Positions 15,401-29,900 of a stretch of DNA of 64,000 bases are shown here, piece by piece. Numbering within the stretch: position 1 is the first letter of the stretch; each line of letters starts with the position of its first letter. The notes under the pieces are model-generated. The model searched no databases. It was not told the DNA's origin and worked only from the letters and a program-made list of their open reading frames with translations. A program made the translations under genes and the position numbers. The stretch is from Eledone cirrhosa. Its lineage: Eukaryota. The stretch is taken from NCBI GenBank assembly GCA_964016885.1, contig OZ024744.1, positions 116,808,001 through 116,872,000 of the forward strand, written 5' to 3'.

Positions 15401-16942
15401 ACGTGAAATAAAGTGTCCTGCTCAAGAACACCCTGGACTCGAGCAATGGGAAATAAAATGTCTTCTTCAAGGACAACCTAATCTGGAGCAACGTGAAATA
15501 AAGTGTCTTGTTCAAGGACACCCTGGACTGGAGCAACGTGAAATAAAGTGTCTTGCTCAAGAACACAGTGGACTGGAGCAATGTGAAATAAAGTGTCTTG
15601 CTCAAGGACAGGGTGGACTGGAGCAATGTGACATGAAGTGTTATGCCCAAGGACACAGTGGACTGGAGCAATGTGAAATAAAGTGTCTTGCTAGAGGACA
15701 CAGTGGACTGGAGTATTGTGAAATAAACATTCTTGTTCAAGTATACAGTGGACTGGAGCAATGTGAAATAAAGTGTCTTGCTCAAGGACACAGTGGACTG
15801 GGGCAACGTGAAATAAAGTGTCTTGCTCAATGTCACAGTGAACTGGAGCAATGTGAAATAAAGTGTCTTGCTCAACGACGCGGTGGACTTGAGCAATGTA
15901 AAGTAAAGTGTCTTGTTCAAGTACGCAGTGGACTGGAGCTGTGTGAAATAAAGTGTCTTGCTCAAGGACACAGAGGACTGGAGCAACGTGAAATAAAGTA
16001 TCTTGCTCAAAGACACGGTGGACTGGAGCAATGTGACATAAAGTGTCTTGCTCAAGGACGCGGTGGACTTGAGCAATGTAAAGTAAAGTGTCTTGTTCAA
16101 GTACACAGTGGACTGGAGCTGTGTGAAATAAAGTGTCTTGCACAAGGACACAGTGGACTGTGGCAATCTGAAATAAAATGTCTTGCTCAAGGAGACAGTG
16201 GACTGGAGCAATGTGAAATAAAATGTCTTCCTCAAGGACAACCTAATCTGGAGCAACGTGAAATAAAGTGTCTTGTTCAAGGACACCCTGGACTGGAGCA
16301 ACATAAAATAAAGTGTCTTGCTCAAGAACACAGTGGACTGGAGTAATGTGAAATAAAGTGTCTTGCTCAAGGACACTAGACTACAGCACCGTGAAATAAA
16401 GTGTCTTGCTCAAGGTCACAGTGGACTGGAGCAAAGTGAAATAAAGTGTCTTGCTCAAGGAGACAGCGGACTGGAGCAATGTAAAATAAAGTGTCTTGCT
16501 CAAGGACACAGTGGACTGGAGCAATGTGAATTAATGTGTCCTCTTCAAGTACACAGTGGACTGGAGCAATGTGAAATAAAGTGTCTTGCTCAAGGACACA
16601 GTGGTATGGAGCAATGTGACATGAAGTGTTATGCCCTAGGACACAGTGGACTGGAGCAATGTGAAATAAAGTGTCTTGCTCAAGGACACAGTGGTATGGA
16701 GCAATGTGATATGAAGTGTTATGCCCTAGGACACAGTGGACTGGAGCAATGTGAAATAAAGTGTCTTGCTCAAGGACACAGTGGACTGGAGCAATGTGAA
16801 ATAAACATTCTTGTTCAAGTATACAGTGGACTGGAGCAATGTGAAATAAAGTGTCTTGCTCAAGGACACAGTGGACTGGGGCAACGTGAAATAAAGTGTC
16901 TTGCTCAATGTCACAGTGGACTGGAGCAATGTCACATATAAT

Positions 16943-17129
16943 TGTTTCTACTTTTGGCACAAGGCCAGCAATTACCCAGTGCATTACTGGTACTTTATTT
17001 TATCGACCCCGTAAGGATGAAAGGCAAAGTCAACCTCGGCGGGATTTGAACTCAGATCGTAAAGGGACGTAACTATGCTGGAAAGCATGGCGTCCGACCC
17101 TCTACTGATACTGCCAATCCACCGCCATG
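16943..17129 (-). mobile_element. tRNA-derived SINE inserted into the satellite, 21-bp TSD
   Basis: Minus strand starts ggcggtggattggcagtatc with B-box gagttcaaatccc. TSD tggagcaatgtcacatataat at 16922-16942 and 17130-17150. Same family as 60243-60436. Confidence 0.92.
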
Positions 17130-20100
17130 TGGAGCAATGTCACATATAATGTCTTGCTCAAGGACACAGTGAACTGGAGCAATGTGAAATAAAGTGTCTT
17201 GTTCAAGGACACAGTGAACTGGAGCAATGTGAAATAAAGTGTCTTGTTCAAGGACACAGTGAACTGGAGCAATGTGAAATAAAGTGTCTTGCTCAACGAC
17301 ACAGTGGACTGGAGCAACGTGAAATAAAGTGTCTTGTTCAAGGTCACAGCGGACTGGAGCAACGTGAAATAAAGTATCTTGCTCAAAGACACGGTGGACT
17401 GGAGCAATGTGACATAAAGTGTCTTGCTCAAGGATGCGGTGGACTTGAGCAATGTAAAGTAAAGTGTCTTGTTCAAGTACACAGTGGACTGGAGCTGTGT
17501 GAAATAAAATGTCTTGCTCAAGGAGACAGTGGACTGGAGCAACGTGAAATAAAGTGACTTGTTCAAGGACACAGTGGACTGGAGCAATGTAAAATAAAGT
17601 GTCTTGCTCAAGGACAAAGAGGACTGGAGCAATGTGAACTAAAGTGTCTCGCTCAAGGACATAATGTACTGGAGTAACATGAAATAAAGTGTCTTGCTGA
17701 AGGAAACAGTTGACTGGAGCAACATGAAATAAAGTGTCTTGCTCAAGGACACAGTGGAGTGGAGCAATGTGAAATAAAGTGTCCTGCTCAAGGCCACCCT
17801 CGACTGGAGCAATGTGAAATAAAGTGTCTTGCTCAAGGACAGGGTGGACTGGAGCAAAGTGAAATAAAGTGTCTTGTTCAATTACACAGTGGACTGGAGC
17901 AATGTGAAATAAAGTGTCTTACTCAAGGACACCCTGGACTGGAGCAATGTGAAATAAACTATCTTGCTCAAGGACACAGTGGACTGGAGCAATGTAAAAT
18001 AAAGTGTCTTGCTCAAGGACACGGTGGACTGGAGCAATGCGACATAAAGTGTCTTGCTCAAAGACTATCTGGACTGAAGCAACGTGAAATAAAGTGTCTT
18101 GCTCAACGACACCCTGGACTGAAGCAACATGAAATAAAGTGTCTTGCTCAAGGACACAGTGGACTGGAGCAATGTGAAATAAAGTGTCTTGTTGAAGGAC
18201 ACAGTGGACTGGAGCAATGTGAAATAGAGTCTCCTGCTCAAGGACAGGGTGGACTGGAGTAAAGTGAAATAAAGTGTCTTGTTCAATTACACAGTGGACT
18301 GGAGCAATGTGACATAAAGTGTCTTGCTCAAGGTCACAATGGACTGGAGAAATTTGAAGTAAAGTGTCTTGTTTAAGGACACAGTGAACTGGAGCAACAT
18401 GAAATAAAGTGTCCTGCTCAAGGACACCCTGGACTGGAGCAATGTGAAATAAAGTGTCTTGCTGAAGGACAAAGTGGACTGGAGCAATGTGAAATAAAGT
18501 GTCTTGTTCAAGGACACAGTGAACTGGAGCAATGTGAAATAAAGTGTCTTGCTCAACGACACAGTGGACTGGAGCAACGTGAAATAAAGTGTCTTGTTCA
18601 AGGTCACAGCGGACTGGAGCAACATGAAATAAAGTATCTTGCTCAAGGACGCGGTGGACTTGAGCAATGTAAAGTAAAGTGTCTTGTTCAAGTACACAGT
18701 GGACTGGAGCTGTGTGAAATAAAGTGTCTTGCTCAAGGACACAGTGGACTGTGGCAATCTGATATAAAATGTCTTCCTCAAGGAGACAGTGGACTGGAGC
18801 AATCTGATATAAAATGTCTTGCTCAAGGAGACAGCGTACTTGAGCAATGTGAAATAAAATGTCTTCCTCAAGGACAACCTAATCTGGAGCAACGTGAAAT
18901 AAAGTGTCTTGTTCAAGGACACCCTGGACTGGAGCAACATGAAATAAAGTGTCTTGCTCAAGAACACAGTGGACTGGAGCAATGTGAAATAAAGTGTCTT
19001 GCTCAAGGACACTAGACTACAGCACCGTGAAATAAAGTGTCTTGCTCAAGGTCACAGTGGACTGGAGCAAAGTGAAATAAAGTGTCTTGCTCAAGGAGAC
19101 AGTGGACTGGAGCAATGTAAAATAAAGTGTCTTGCTCAAGGACACAGTGGACTGGAGCAATGTGAATTAATGTGTCCTCTTCAAGTACACAGTGGACTGG
19201 AGCAATGTGAAATAAAGTGTCTTGCTCAAGGACACAGTGGTATGGAGCAATGTGACATGAAGTGTTATGCCCAAGGACACAGTGGACTGGAGCAATGTGA
19301 AATAATGTGTCTTGCTCAAGGACAGGGTGGACTGGAGCAATGTGACATGAAGTGTTATGCCCAAGGACACAGTGGACTGGAGCAATGTGAAATAAACATT
19401 CTTGTTCAAGTATACAGTGGACTGGAGCAATGTGAAATAAAGTGTCTTGCTCAAGGACACAGTGGACTGGGGAAACGTGAAATAAAGTGTCTTGCTCAAT
19501 GTCACAGTGGACTGGAGCAATGTGACATATAATGACTTGCTCAAGGACACAGTGAACTGGAGCAATGTGACATAAAGTGTCTTGCTCAACGACACAGTGA
19601 ACTGGAGCAACATGAAATAAAGTGTCCTGCTCAAGGACACCCTGGACTGGAGCAATGTGAAATAAAGTGTCTTGTTCAAGGACACAGTGGACTGGAGCAA
19701 TGTGACATAAAGTGTCTTGCTCAAGGACACAGTGGAGTGGAGCAACGTGAAATAAAGTGTCCTGCTCAAGAACACCCTGGACTCGAGCAATGGGAAATAA
19801 AATGTCTTCCTCAAGGACAACCTAATCTGGAGCAACGTGAAATAAAGTGTCTTGTTCAAGGACACCCTGGACTGGAGCAACATGAAATAAAGTGTCTTGC
19901 TCAAGAACACAGTGGACTGGAGCAATGTGAAATAAAGTGTCTTGCTCAAGGACAGGGTGGACTGGAGCAATGTGACATGAAGTGTTATGCCCAAGGACAC
20001 AGTGGACTGGAGCAATGTGAAATAAAGTGTCTTGCTAGAGGACACAGTGGACTGGAGTATTGTGAAATAAACATTCTTGTTCAAGTATACAGTGGACTGG

Positions 20101-23100
20101 AGCAATGTGAAATAAAGTGTCTTGCTCAAGGACACAGTGGACTGGGGCAACGTGAAATAAAGTGTCTTGCTCAATGTCACAGTGGACTGGAGCAATGTGA
20201 CATATAATGTCTTGCTCAAGGACACAGTGAACTGGAGCAATGTGAAATAAAGTGTCTTGCTCAACGACACAGTGGACTGGAGCAACGTGAAATAAAGTGT
20301 CTTGTTCAAGGTCACAGCGGACTGGAGCAACGTGAAATAAAGTATCTTGCTCAAAGGCACGGTGGACTGGAGCAATGTGACATAAAGTGTCTTGCTCAAG
20401 GACGCGCTGGACTTGAGGAATGTAAAGTAAAGTGTCTTGTTCAAGTACACAGTGGACTGGAGCTGTGTGAAATAAAGTGTCTTGCTCAAGGACACAGTGG
20501 ACTGTGGCAATCTGATATAAAATGTATTGCTCAAGGAGACAGTGGACTGGAGCAATGTGAAATAAAATGTCTTGCTCAAGGAGACAGTGGACTGAAGCAA
20601 TGTGAAATAAAGTGTCTTATTCAAGGACACAGTAGACTGGAGCAATGTGACTCAAAGTGTCATGTTCAAGGACACAGTGGACTGGAGCAATGTGAAATAA
20701 AGTGACTTGTTCAAGTACACAGTGGACTGGACAAATGTAAAATAAAGTGTCTTGCTCAAGGACACAGTGGACTGTGGCAATCTGATATAAAATGTCTTGC
20801 TCAAGGAGACAGTGGACTTGAGCAATGTGAAATAAAATGTCTTCCTCAAGGACAACCTAATCTGGAGCAACGTGAAATAAAGTATCTTGTTCAAGGACAC
20901 CCTGGACTGGAACAACATGAAATAAAGTGTCTTGCTCAAGAACACAGTGGACTGGAGCAATGTGAAATAAAGTGTCTTGCTCAAGGACACTAGACTACAG
21001 CACCGTGAAATAAAGTGTCTTGCTCAAGGTCACAGTGGACTGGAGCAAAGTGAAATAAAGTGTCTTGCTCAAGGAGACAGTGGACTGGAGCAATGTAAAA
21101 TAAAATGTCTTGCTCAAGGACACAGTGGACTGGAGCAATGTGAAATAAAGTGTTTTCCTCAAGGACAACCTAATCTGGAGCAACGTGAAATAAAGTGTCT
21201 TGTTCAAGGACACCCTGGACTGGAGCAACATGAAATAAAGTGTCTTGCTCAAGAACACAGTGGACTGGAGCAATGTGAAATAAAGTGTCTTGCTCAAGGA
21301 CACAGTGGCCTGGAGCAATGTGAATTAATGTGCCCTCTTCAAGTACACAGTGGACTGGAGCAATGTGAAATAAAATGTCTTGCTCAAGGACACAGTGGTA
21401 TGGAGCAATGTGACATGAAGTGTTATGCCCAAGGACACAGTGGACTGGAGCAATGTGATATAAAGTTTCTTGCTCAAGGACACAGTGGACTGGAGCAACG
21501 TGAAATAAACATTCTTGTTCAAGTATACAGTGGACTGGAGCAATGTGAAATAAAGTGTCTTGCTCAAGGACACAGTGGACTGGGGCAACCTGAAATAAAG
21601 TGTCTTGCTCAATGTCACAGTGGACTGGAGCAATGTCACATATAATGTCTTGCTCAAGGACACAGTGAACTGGAGCAATGTGAAATAAAGTGTCTTGCTC
21701 AACGACACAGTGGACTGGAGCAACGTGAAATAAAGTGTCTTGTTCAAGGTCACAGCGGACTGGAGCAACGTGAAATAAAGTGTCTTGCTCAAAGATACGG
21801 TGGACTGGAGCAATGTGACATAAAGTGTCTTGCTCAAGGACGCGCTGGACTTGAGGAATGTAAAGTAAAGTGTATTGTTCAAGTACACAGTGGACTGGAG
21901 CTGTGTGAAATAAAGTGTCTTGCTCAAGGACACAGTGGACTGTGGCAATCTGATATAAAATGTATTGCTCAAGGAGACAGTGGACTGGAGCAATCTGATA
22001 TAAAATGTCTTGCTCAAGGAGACAGTGGTCTGGAGCAATGTGAAATAAAATATCTTGCTCAAGGAGACAGTGGACTGAAGCAATGTGAAATAAAGTGTCT
22101 TATTCAAGGACACAGTAGACTGGAGCAATGTGACTCAAAGTGTCTTGTTCAAGGAGACAGTGGACTGGAGCAATGTGAAATAAAGTGTCTTGCTCAAAGA
22201 CACAGTGTACTGGAGCAACGTGAAATAAAGTGTCTTGTTCAAGGACACAGTGGACTGGAGCAACGTGAAATAAAGTGACTTGTTCAAGGACACAGTGGAC
22301 TGGAGAAATGTAAAATAAAGTGTCTTGCTCAAGGACACAGTGGACTGGAGCAATGTGAACTAAAGTGTCTCGCTCAAGGACATTATGGACTGGAGTAACA
22401 TGAAATAAAGTGTCTTGCTGAAGGAAACAGTTGACTGGAGCAACATGAAATAAAGTGTCTTGCTCAAGGACACAGTGGAGTGGAGCAATGTGAAATAAAG
22501 TGTCCTGCTCAAGGCCACCCTGGACTGGAGCAATGTGAAATAAAGTGTCTTGCTCAAGGACAGGGAGGACTGGAGCAAAGTGAAATAAAGTGTCTTGTTC
22601 AATTACACAGTGGACTGGAGCAATGTGACATAAAGTGTCTTGCTCAAGGACGCGGTGGACTTGAGCAATGTAAAGTAAAGTGTCTTGTTCAAGTACACAG
22701 TGGACTGGGGGCAACGTGAAATAAAGTGTCTTGCTCAAGGACAGGGTGGACTGGAGCAAAGTGAAATAAAGTGTCTTGTTCAATTACACAGTGGACTGGA
22801 GCAATGTGAAATAAAGTGTCTTATACAAGGACACAGTAGACTGGAGCAATGTGAAATAAAGTGTCTTGCTCAAGGACACCCTGGACTGGATCAATGTGAA
22901 ATAAAGTATCTTATTCAAGGACACAGTGGACTGGAGCAATGAGAAATAAAGTGTCTTATTCAAGGACACAATGGACTGGAGCTCTGTGACTCAAAGTGTC
23001 TTGCTCAATGTCACAGTGAACTGGAGCAATGTGAAATAAAATGTCTTGCTCAAGGACACAGTGGACTGGAGCAACATGAAATAAAGTGTCTTGCTCAAGA

Positions 23101-23805
23101 ACACAGTGGACGGGAGCAACATGAAATAAAGTGTCTTGCTCAAGGACACAGTACACTGGAGCCACGTGAAATAAAGTGTTTTGCTGAAGGACACAGTAGA
23201 CTGGAGCAATGTGAAATAAAGTGTCTTGCTCAAGGACACTAGACTACAGCACCGTGAAATAAAGTGTCTTGCTCAAGGTCACAGTGGACTGGAGCAAAGT
23301 GAAATAAAGTGTCTTGCTCAAGGAGACAGCGGACTGGAGCAATGTAAAATAAAGTGTCTTGCTCAAGGACACAGTGGACTGGAGCAATGTGAATTAATGT
23401 GTCCTCTTCAAGTACACAGTGGACTGGAGCAATGTGAAATAAAGTGTCTTGCTCAAGGACACAGTGGTATGGAGCAATGTGACATGAAGTGTTATGCCCT
23501 AGGACACAGTGGACTGGAGCAATGTGAAATAAAGTGTCTTGCTCAAGGACACAGTGGTATGGAGCAATGTGATATGAAGTGTTATGCCCTAGGACACAGT
23601 GGACTGGAGCAATGTGAAATAAAGTGTCTTGCTCAAGGACACAGTGGACTGGAGCAATGTGAAATAAACATTCTTGTTCAAGTATACAGTGGACTGGAGC
23701 AATGTGAAATAAAGTGTCTTGCTCAAGGACACAGTGGACTGGGGCAACGTGAAATAAAGTGTCTTGCTCAATGTCACAGTGGACTGGAGCAATGTCACAT
23801 ATAAT

Positions 23806-23992
23806 TGTTTCTACTTTTGGCACAAGGCCAGCAATTACCCAGTGCATTACTGGTACTTTATTTTATCGACCCCGTAAGGATGAAAGGCAAAGTCAACCTC
23901 GGCGGGATTTGAACTCAGATCGTAAAGGGACGTAACTATGCTGGAAAGCATGGCGTCCGACCCTCTACTGATACTGCCAATCCACCGCCATG
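23806..23992 (-). mobile_element. Duplicated copy of the SINE insertion, carried by the 6863-bp duplication
   Basis: Same sequence and same TSD as 16943-17129, offset 6863. Confidence 0.92.
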
Positions 23993-26900
23993 TGGAGCAA
24001 TGTCACATATAATGTCTTGCTCAAGGACACAGTGAACTGGAGCAATGTGAAATAAAGTGTCTTGTTCAAGGACACAGTGAACTGGAGCAATGTGAAATAA
24101 AGTGTCTTGTTCAAGGACACAGTGAACTGGAGCAATGTGAAATAAAGTGTCTTGCTCAACGACACAGTGGACTGGAGCAACGTGAAATAAAGTGTCTTGT
24201 TCAAGGTCACAGCGGACTGGAGCAACGTGAAATAAAGTATCTTGCTCAAAGACACGGTGGACTGGAGCAATGTGACATAAAGTGTCTTGCTCAAGGATGC
24301 GGTGGACTTGAGCAATGTAAAGTAAAGTGTCTTGTTCAAGTACACAGTGGACTGGAGCTGTGTGAAATAAAATGTCTTGCTCAAGGAGACAGTGGACTGG
24401 AGCAACGTGAAATAAAGTGACTTGTTCAAGGACACAGTGGACTGGAGCAATGTAAAATAAAGTGTCTTGCTCAAGGACAAAGAGGACTGGAGCAATGTGA
24501 ACTAAAGTGTCTCGCTCAAGGACATAATGTACTGGAGTAACATGAAATAAAGTGTCTTGCTGAAGGAAACAGTTGACTGGAGCAACATGAAATAAAGTGT
24601 CTTGCTCAAGGACACAGTGGAGTGGAGCAATGTGAAATAAAGTGTCCTGCTCAAGGCCACCCTCGACTGGAGCAATGTGAAATAAAGTGTCTTGCTCAAG
24701 GACAGGGTGGACTGGAGCAAAGTGAAATAAAGTGTCTTGTTCAATTACACAGTGGACTGGAGCAATGTGAAATAAAGTGTCTTACTCAAGGACACCCTGG
24801 ACTGGAGCAATGTGAAATAAACTATCTTGCTCAAGGACACAGTGGACTGGAGCAATGTAAAATAAAGTGTCTTGCTCAAGGACACGGTGGACTGGAGCAA
24901 TGCGACATAAAGTGTCTTGCTCAAAGACTATCTGGACTGAAGCAACGTGAAATAAAGTGTCTTGCTCAACGACACCCTGGACTGAAGCAACATGAAATAA
25001 AGTGTCTTGCTCAAGGACACAGTGGACTGGAGCAATGTGAAATAAAGTGTCTTGTTGAAGGACACAGTGGACTGGAGCAATGTGAAATAGAGTCTCCTGC
25101 TCAAGGACAGGGTGGACTGGAGTAAAGTGAAATAAAGTGTCTTGTTCAATTACACAGTGGACTGGAGCAATGTGACATAAAGTGTCTTGCTCAAGGTCAC
25201 AATGGACTGGAGAAATTTGAAGTAAAGTGTCTTGTTTAAGGACACAGTGAACTGGAGCAACATGAAATAAAGTGTCCTGCTCAAGGACACCCTGGACTGG
25301 AGCAATGTGAAATAAAGTGTCTTGCTGAAGGACAAAGTGGACTGGAGCAATGTGAAATAAAGTGTCTTGTTCAAGGACACAGTGAACTGGAGCAATGTGA
25401 AATAAAGTGTCTTGCTCAACGACACAGTGGACTGGAGCAACGTGAAATAAAGTGTCTTGTTCAAGGTCACAGCGGACTGGAGCAACATGAAATAAAGTAT
25501 CTTGCTCAAGGACGCGGTGGACTTGAGCAATGTAAAGTAAAGTGTCTTGTTCAAGTACACAGTGGACTGGAGCTGTGTGAAATAAAGTGTCTTGCTCAAG
25601 GACACAGTGGACTGTGGCAATCTGATATAAAATGTCTTCCTCAAGGAGACAGTGGACTGGAGCAATCTGATATAAAATGTCTTGCTCAAGGAGACAGCGT
25701 ACTTGAGCAATGTGAAATAAAATGTCTTCCTCAAGGACAACCTAATCTGGAGCAACGTGAAATAAAGTGTCTTGTTCAAGGACACCCTGGACTGGAGCAA
25801 CATGAAATAAAGTGTCTTGCTCAAGAACACAGTGGACTGGAGCAATGTGAAATAAAGTGTCTTGCTCAAGGACACTAGACTACAGCACCGTGAAATAAAG
25901 TGTCTTGCTCAAGGTCACAGTGGACTGGAGCAAAGTGAAATAAAGTGTCTTGCTCAAGGAGACAGTGGACTGGAGCAATGTAAAATAAAGTGTCTTGCTC
26001 AAGGACACAGTGGACTGGAGCAATGTGAATTAATGTGTCCTCTTCAAGTACACAGTGGACTGGAGCAATGTGAAATAAAGTGTCTTGCTCAAGGACACAG
26101 TGGTATGGAGCAATGTGACATGAAGTGTTATGCCCAAGGACACAGTGGACTGGAGCAATGTGAAATAATGTGTCTTGCTCAAGGACAGGGTGGACTGGAG
26201 CAATGTGACATGAAGTGTTATGCCCAAGGACACAGTGGACTGGAGCAATGTGAAATAAACATTCTTGTTCAAGTATACAGTGGACTGGAGCAATGTGAAA
26301 TAAAGTGTCTTGCTCAAGGACACAGTGGACTGGGGAAACGTGAAATAAAGTGTCTTGCTCAATGTCACAGTGGACTGGAGCAATGTGACATATAATGACT
26401 TGCTCAAGGACACAGTGAACTGGAGCAATGTGACATAAAGTGTCTTGCTCAACGACACAGTGAACTGGAGCAACATGAAATAAAGTGTCCTGCTCAAGGA
26501 CACCCTGGACTGGAGCAATGTGAAATAAAGTGTCTTGTTCAAGGACACAGTGGACTGGAGCAATGTGACATAAAGTGTCTTGCTCAAGGACACAGTGGAG
26601 TGGAGCAACGTGAAATAAAGTGTCCTGCTCAAGAACACCCTGGACTCGAGCAATGGGAAATAAAATGTCTTCCTCAAGGACAACCTAATCTGGAGCAACG
26701 TGAAATAAAGTGTCTTGTTCAAGGACACCCTGGACTGGAGCAACATGAAATAAAGTGTCTTGCTCAAGAACACAGTGGACTGGAGCAATGTGAAATAAAG
26801 TGTCTTGCTCAAGGACAGGGTGGACTGGAGCAATGTGACATGAAGTGTTATGCCCAAGGACACAGTGGACTGGAGCAATGTGAAATAAAGTGTCTTGCTA

Positions 26901-29900
26901 GAGGACACAGTGGACTGGAGTATTGTGAAATAAACATTCTTGTTCAAGTATACAGTGGACTGGAGCAATGTGAAATAAAGTGTCTTGCTCAAGGACACAG
27001 TGGACTGGGGCAACGTGAAATAAAGTGTCTTGCTCAATGTCACAGTGGACTGGAGCAATGTGACATATAATGTCTTGCTCAAGGACACAGTGAACTGGAG
27101 CAATGTGAAATAAAGTGTCTTGCTCAACGACACAGTGGACTGGAGCAACGTGAAATAAAGTGTCTTGTTCAAGGTCACAGCGGACTGGAGCAACGTGAAA
27201 TAAAGTATCTTGCTCAAAGGCACGGTGGACTGGAGCAATGTGACATAAAGTGTCTTGCTCAAGGACGCGCTGGACTTGAGGAATGTAAAGTAAAGTGTCT
27301 TGTTCAAGTACACAGTGGACTGGAGCTGTGTGAAATAAAGTGTCTTGCTCAAGGACACAGTGGACTGTGGCAATCTGATATAAAATGTATTGCTCAAGGA
27401 GACAGTGGACTGGAGCAATGTGAAATAAAATGTCTTGCTCAAGGAGACAGTGGACTGAAGCAATGTGAAATAAAGTGTCTTATTCAAGGACACAGTAGAC
27501 TGGAGCAATGTGACTCAAAGTGTCATGTTCAAGGACACAGTGGACTGGAGCAATGTGAAATAAAGTGACTTGTTCAAGTACACAGTGGACTGGACAAATG
27601 TAAAATAAAGTGTCTTGCTCAAGGACACAGTGGACTGTGGCAATCTGATATAAAATGTCTTGCTCAAGGAGACAGTGGACTTGAGCAATGTGAAATAAAA
27701 TGTCTTCCTCAAGGACAACCTAATCTGGAGCAACGTGAAATAAAGTATCTTGTTCAAGGACACCCTGGACTGGAACAACATGAAATAAAGTGTCTTGCTC
27801 AAGAACACAGTGGACTGGAGCAATGTGAAATAAAGTGTCTTGCTCAAGGACACTAGACTACAGCACCGTGAAATAAAGTGTCTTGCTCAAGGTCACAGTG
27901 GACTGGAGCAAAGTGAAATAAAGTGTCTTGCTCAAGGAGACAGTGGACTGGAGCAATGTAAAATAAAATGTCTTGCTCAAGGACACAGTGGACTGGAGCA
28001 ATGTGAAATAAAGTGTTTTCCTCAAGGACAACCTAATCTGGAGCAACGTGAAATAAAGTGTCTTGTTCAAGGACACCCTGGACTGGAGCAACATGAAATA
28101 AAGTGTCTTGCTCAAGAACACAGTGGACTGGAGCAATGTGAAATAAAGTGTCTTGCTCAAGGACACAGTGGCCTGGAGCAATGTGAATTAATGTGCCCTC
28201 TTCAAGTACACAGTGGACTGGAGCAATGTGAAATAAAATGTCTTGCTCAAGGACACAGTGGTATGGAGCAATGTGACATGAAGTGTTATGCCCAAGGACA
28301 CAGTGGACTGGAGCAATGTGATATAAAGTTTCTTGCTCAAGGACACAGTGGACTGGAGCAACGTGAAATAAACATTCTTGTTCAAGTATACAGTGGACTG
28401 GAGCAATGTGAAATAAAGTGTCTTGCTCAAGGACACAGTGGACTGGGGCAACCTGAAATAAAGTGTCTTGCTCAATGTCACAGTGGACTGGAGCAATGTC
28501 ACATATAATGTCTTGCTCAAGGACACAGTGAACTGGAGCAATGTGAAATAAAGTGTCTTGCTCAACGACACAGTGGACTGGAGCAACGTGAAATAAAGTG
28601 TCTTGTTCAAGGTCACAGCGGACTGGAGCAACGTGAAATAAAGTGTCTTGCTCAAAGATACGGTGGACTGGAGCAATGTGACATAAAGTGTCTTGCTCAA
28701 GGACGCGCTGGACTTGAGGAATGTAAAGTAAAGTGTATTGTTCAAGTACACAGTGGACTGGAGCTGTGTGAAATAAAGTGTCTTGCTCAAGGACACAGTG
28801 GACTGTGGCAATCTGATATAAAATGTATTGCTCAAGGAGACAGTGGACTGGAGCAATCTGATATAAAATGTCTTGCTCAAGGAGACAGTGGTCTGGAGCA
28901 ATGTGAAATAAAATATCTTGCTCAAGGAGACAGTGGACTGAAGCAATGTGAAATAAAGTGTCTTATTCAAGGACACAGTAGACTGGAGCAATGTGACTCA
29001 AAGTGTCTTGTTCAAGGAGACAGTGGACTGGAGCAATGTGAAATAAAGTGTCTTGCTCAAAGACACAGTGTACTGGAGCAACGTGAAATAAAGTGTCTTG
29101 TTCAAGGACACAGTGGACTGGAGCAACGTGAAATAAAGTGACTTGTTCAAGGACACAGTGGACTGGAGAAATGTAAAATAAAGTGTCTTGCTCAAGGACA
29201 CAGTGGACTGGAGCAATGTGAACTAAAGTGTCTCGCTCAAGGACATTATGGACTGGAGTAACATGAAATAAAGTGTCTTGCTGAAGGAAACAGTTGACTG
29301 GAGCAACATGAAATAAAGTGTCTTGCTCAAGGACACAGTGGAGTGGAGCAATGTGAAATAAAGTGTCCTGCTCAAGGCCACCCTGGACTGGAGCAATGTG
29401 AAATAAAGTGTCTTGCTCAAGGACAGGGAGGACTGGAGCAAAGTGAAATAAAGTGTCTTGTTCAATTACACAGTGGACTGGAGCAATGTGACATAAAGTG
29501 TCTTGCTCAAGGACGCGGTGGACTTGAGCAATGTAAAGTAAAGTGTCTTGTTCAAGTACACAGTGGACTGGGGGCAACGTGAAATAAAGTGTCTTGCTCA
29601 AGGACAGGGTGGACTGGAGCAAAGTGAAATAAAGTGTCTTGTTCAATTACACAGTGGACTGGAGCAATGTGAAATAAAGTGTCTTATACAAGGACACAGT
29701 AGACTGGAGCAATGTGAAATAAAGTGTCTTGCTCAAGGACACCCTGGACTGGATCAATGTGAAATAAAGTATCTTATTCAAGGACACAGTGGACTGGAGC
29801 AATGAGAAATAAAGTGTCTTATTCAAGGACACAATGGACTGGAGCTCTGTGACTCAAAGTGTCTTGCTCAATGTCACAGTGAACTGGAGCAATGTGAAAT

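Noticed and set aside
16943-23992. Two independent site-specific SINE insertions into the satellite
   Set aside because: Identical sequence, TSD and multi-kb flanks show one insertion copied by the 6863-bp duplication.
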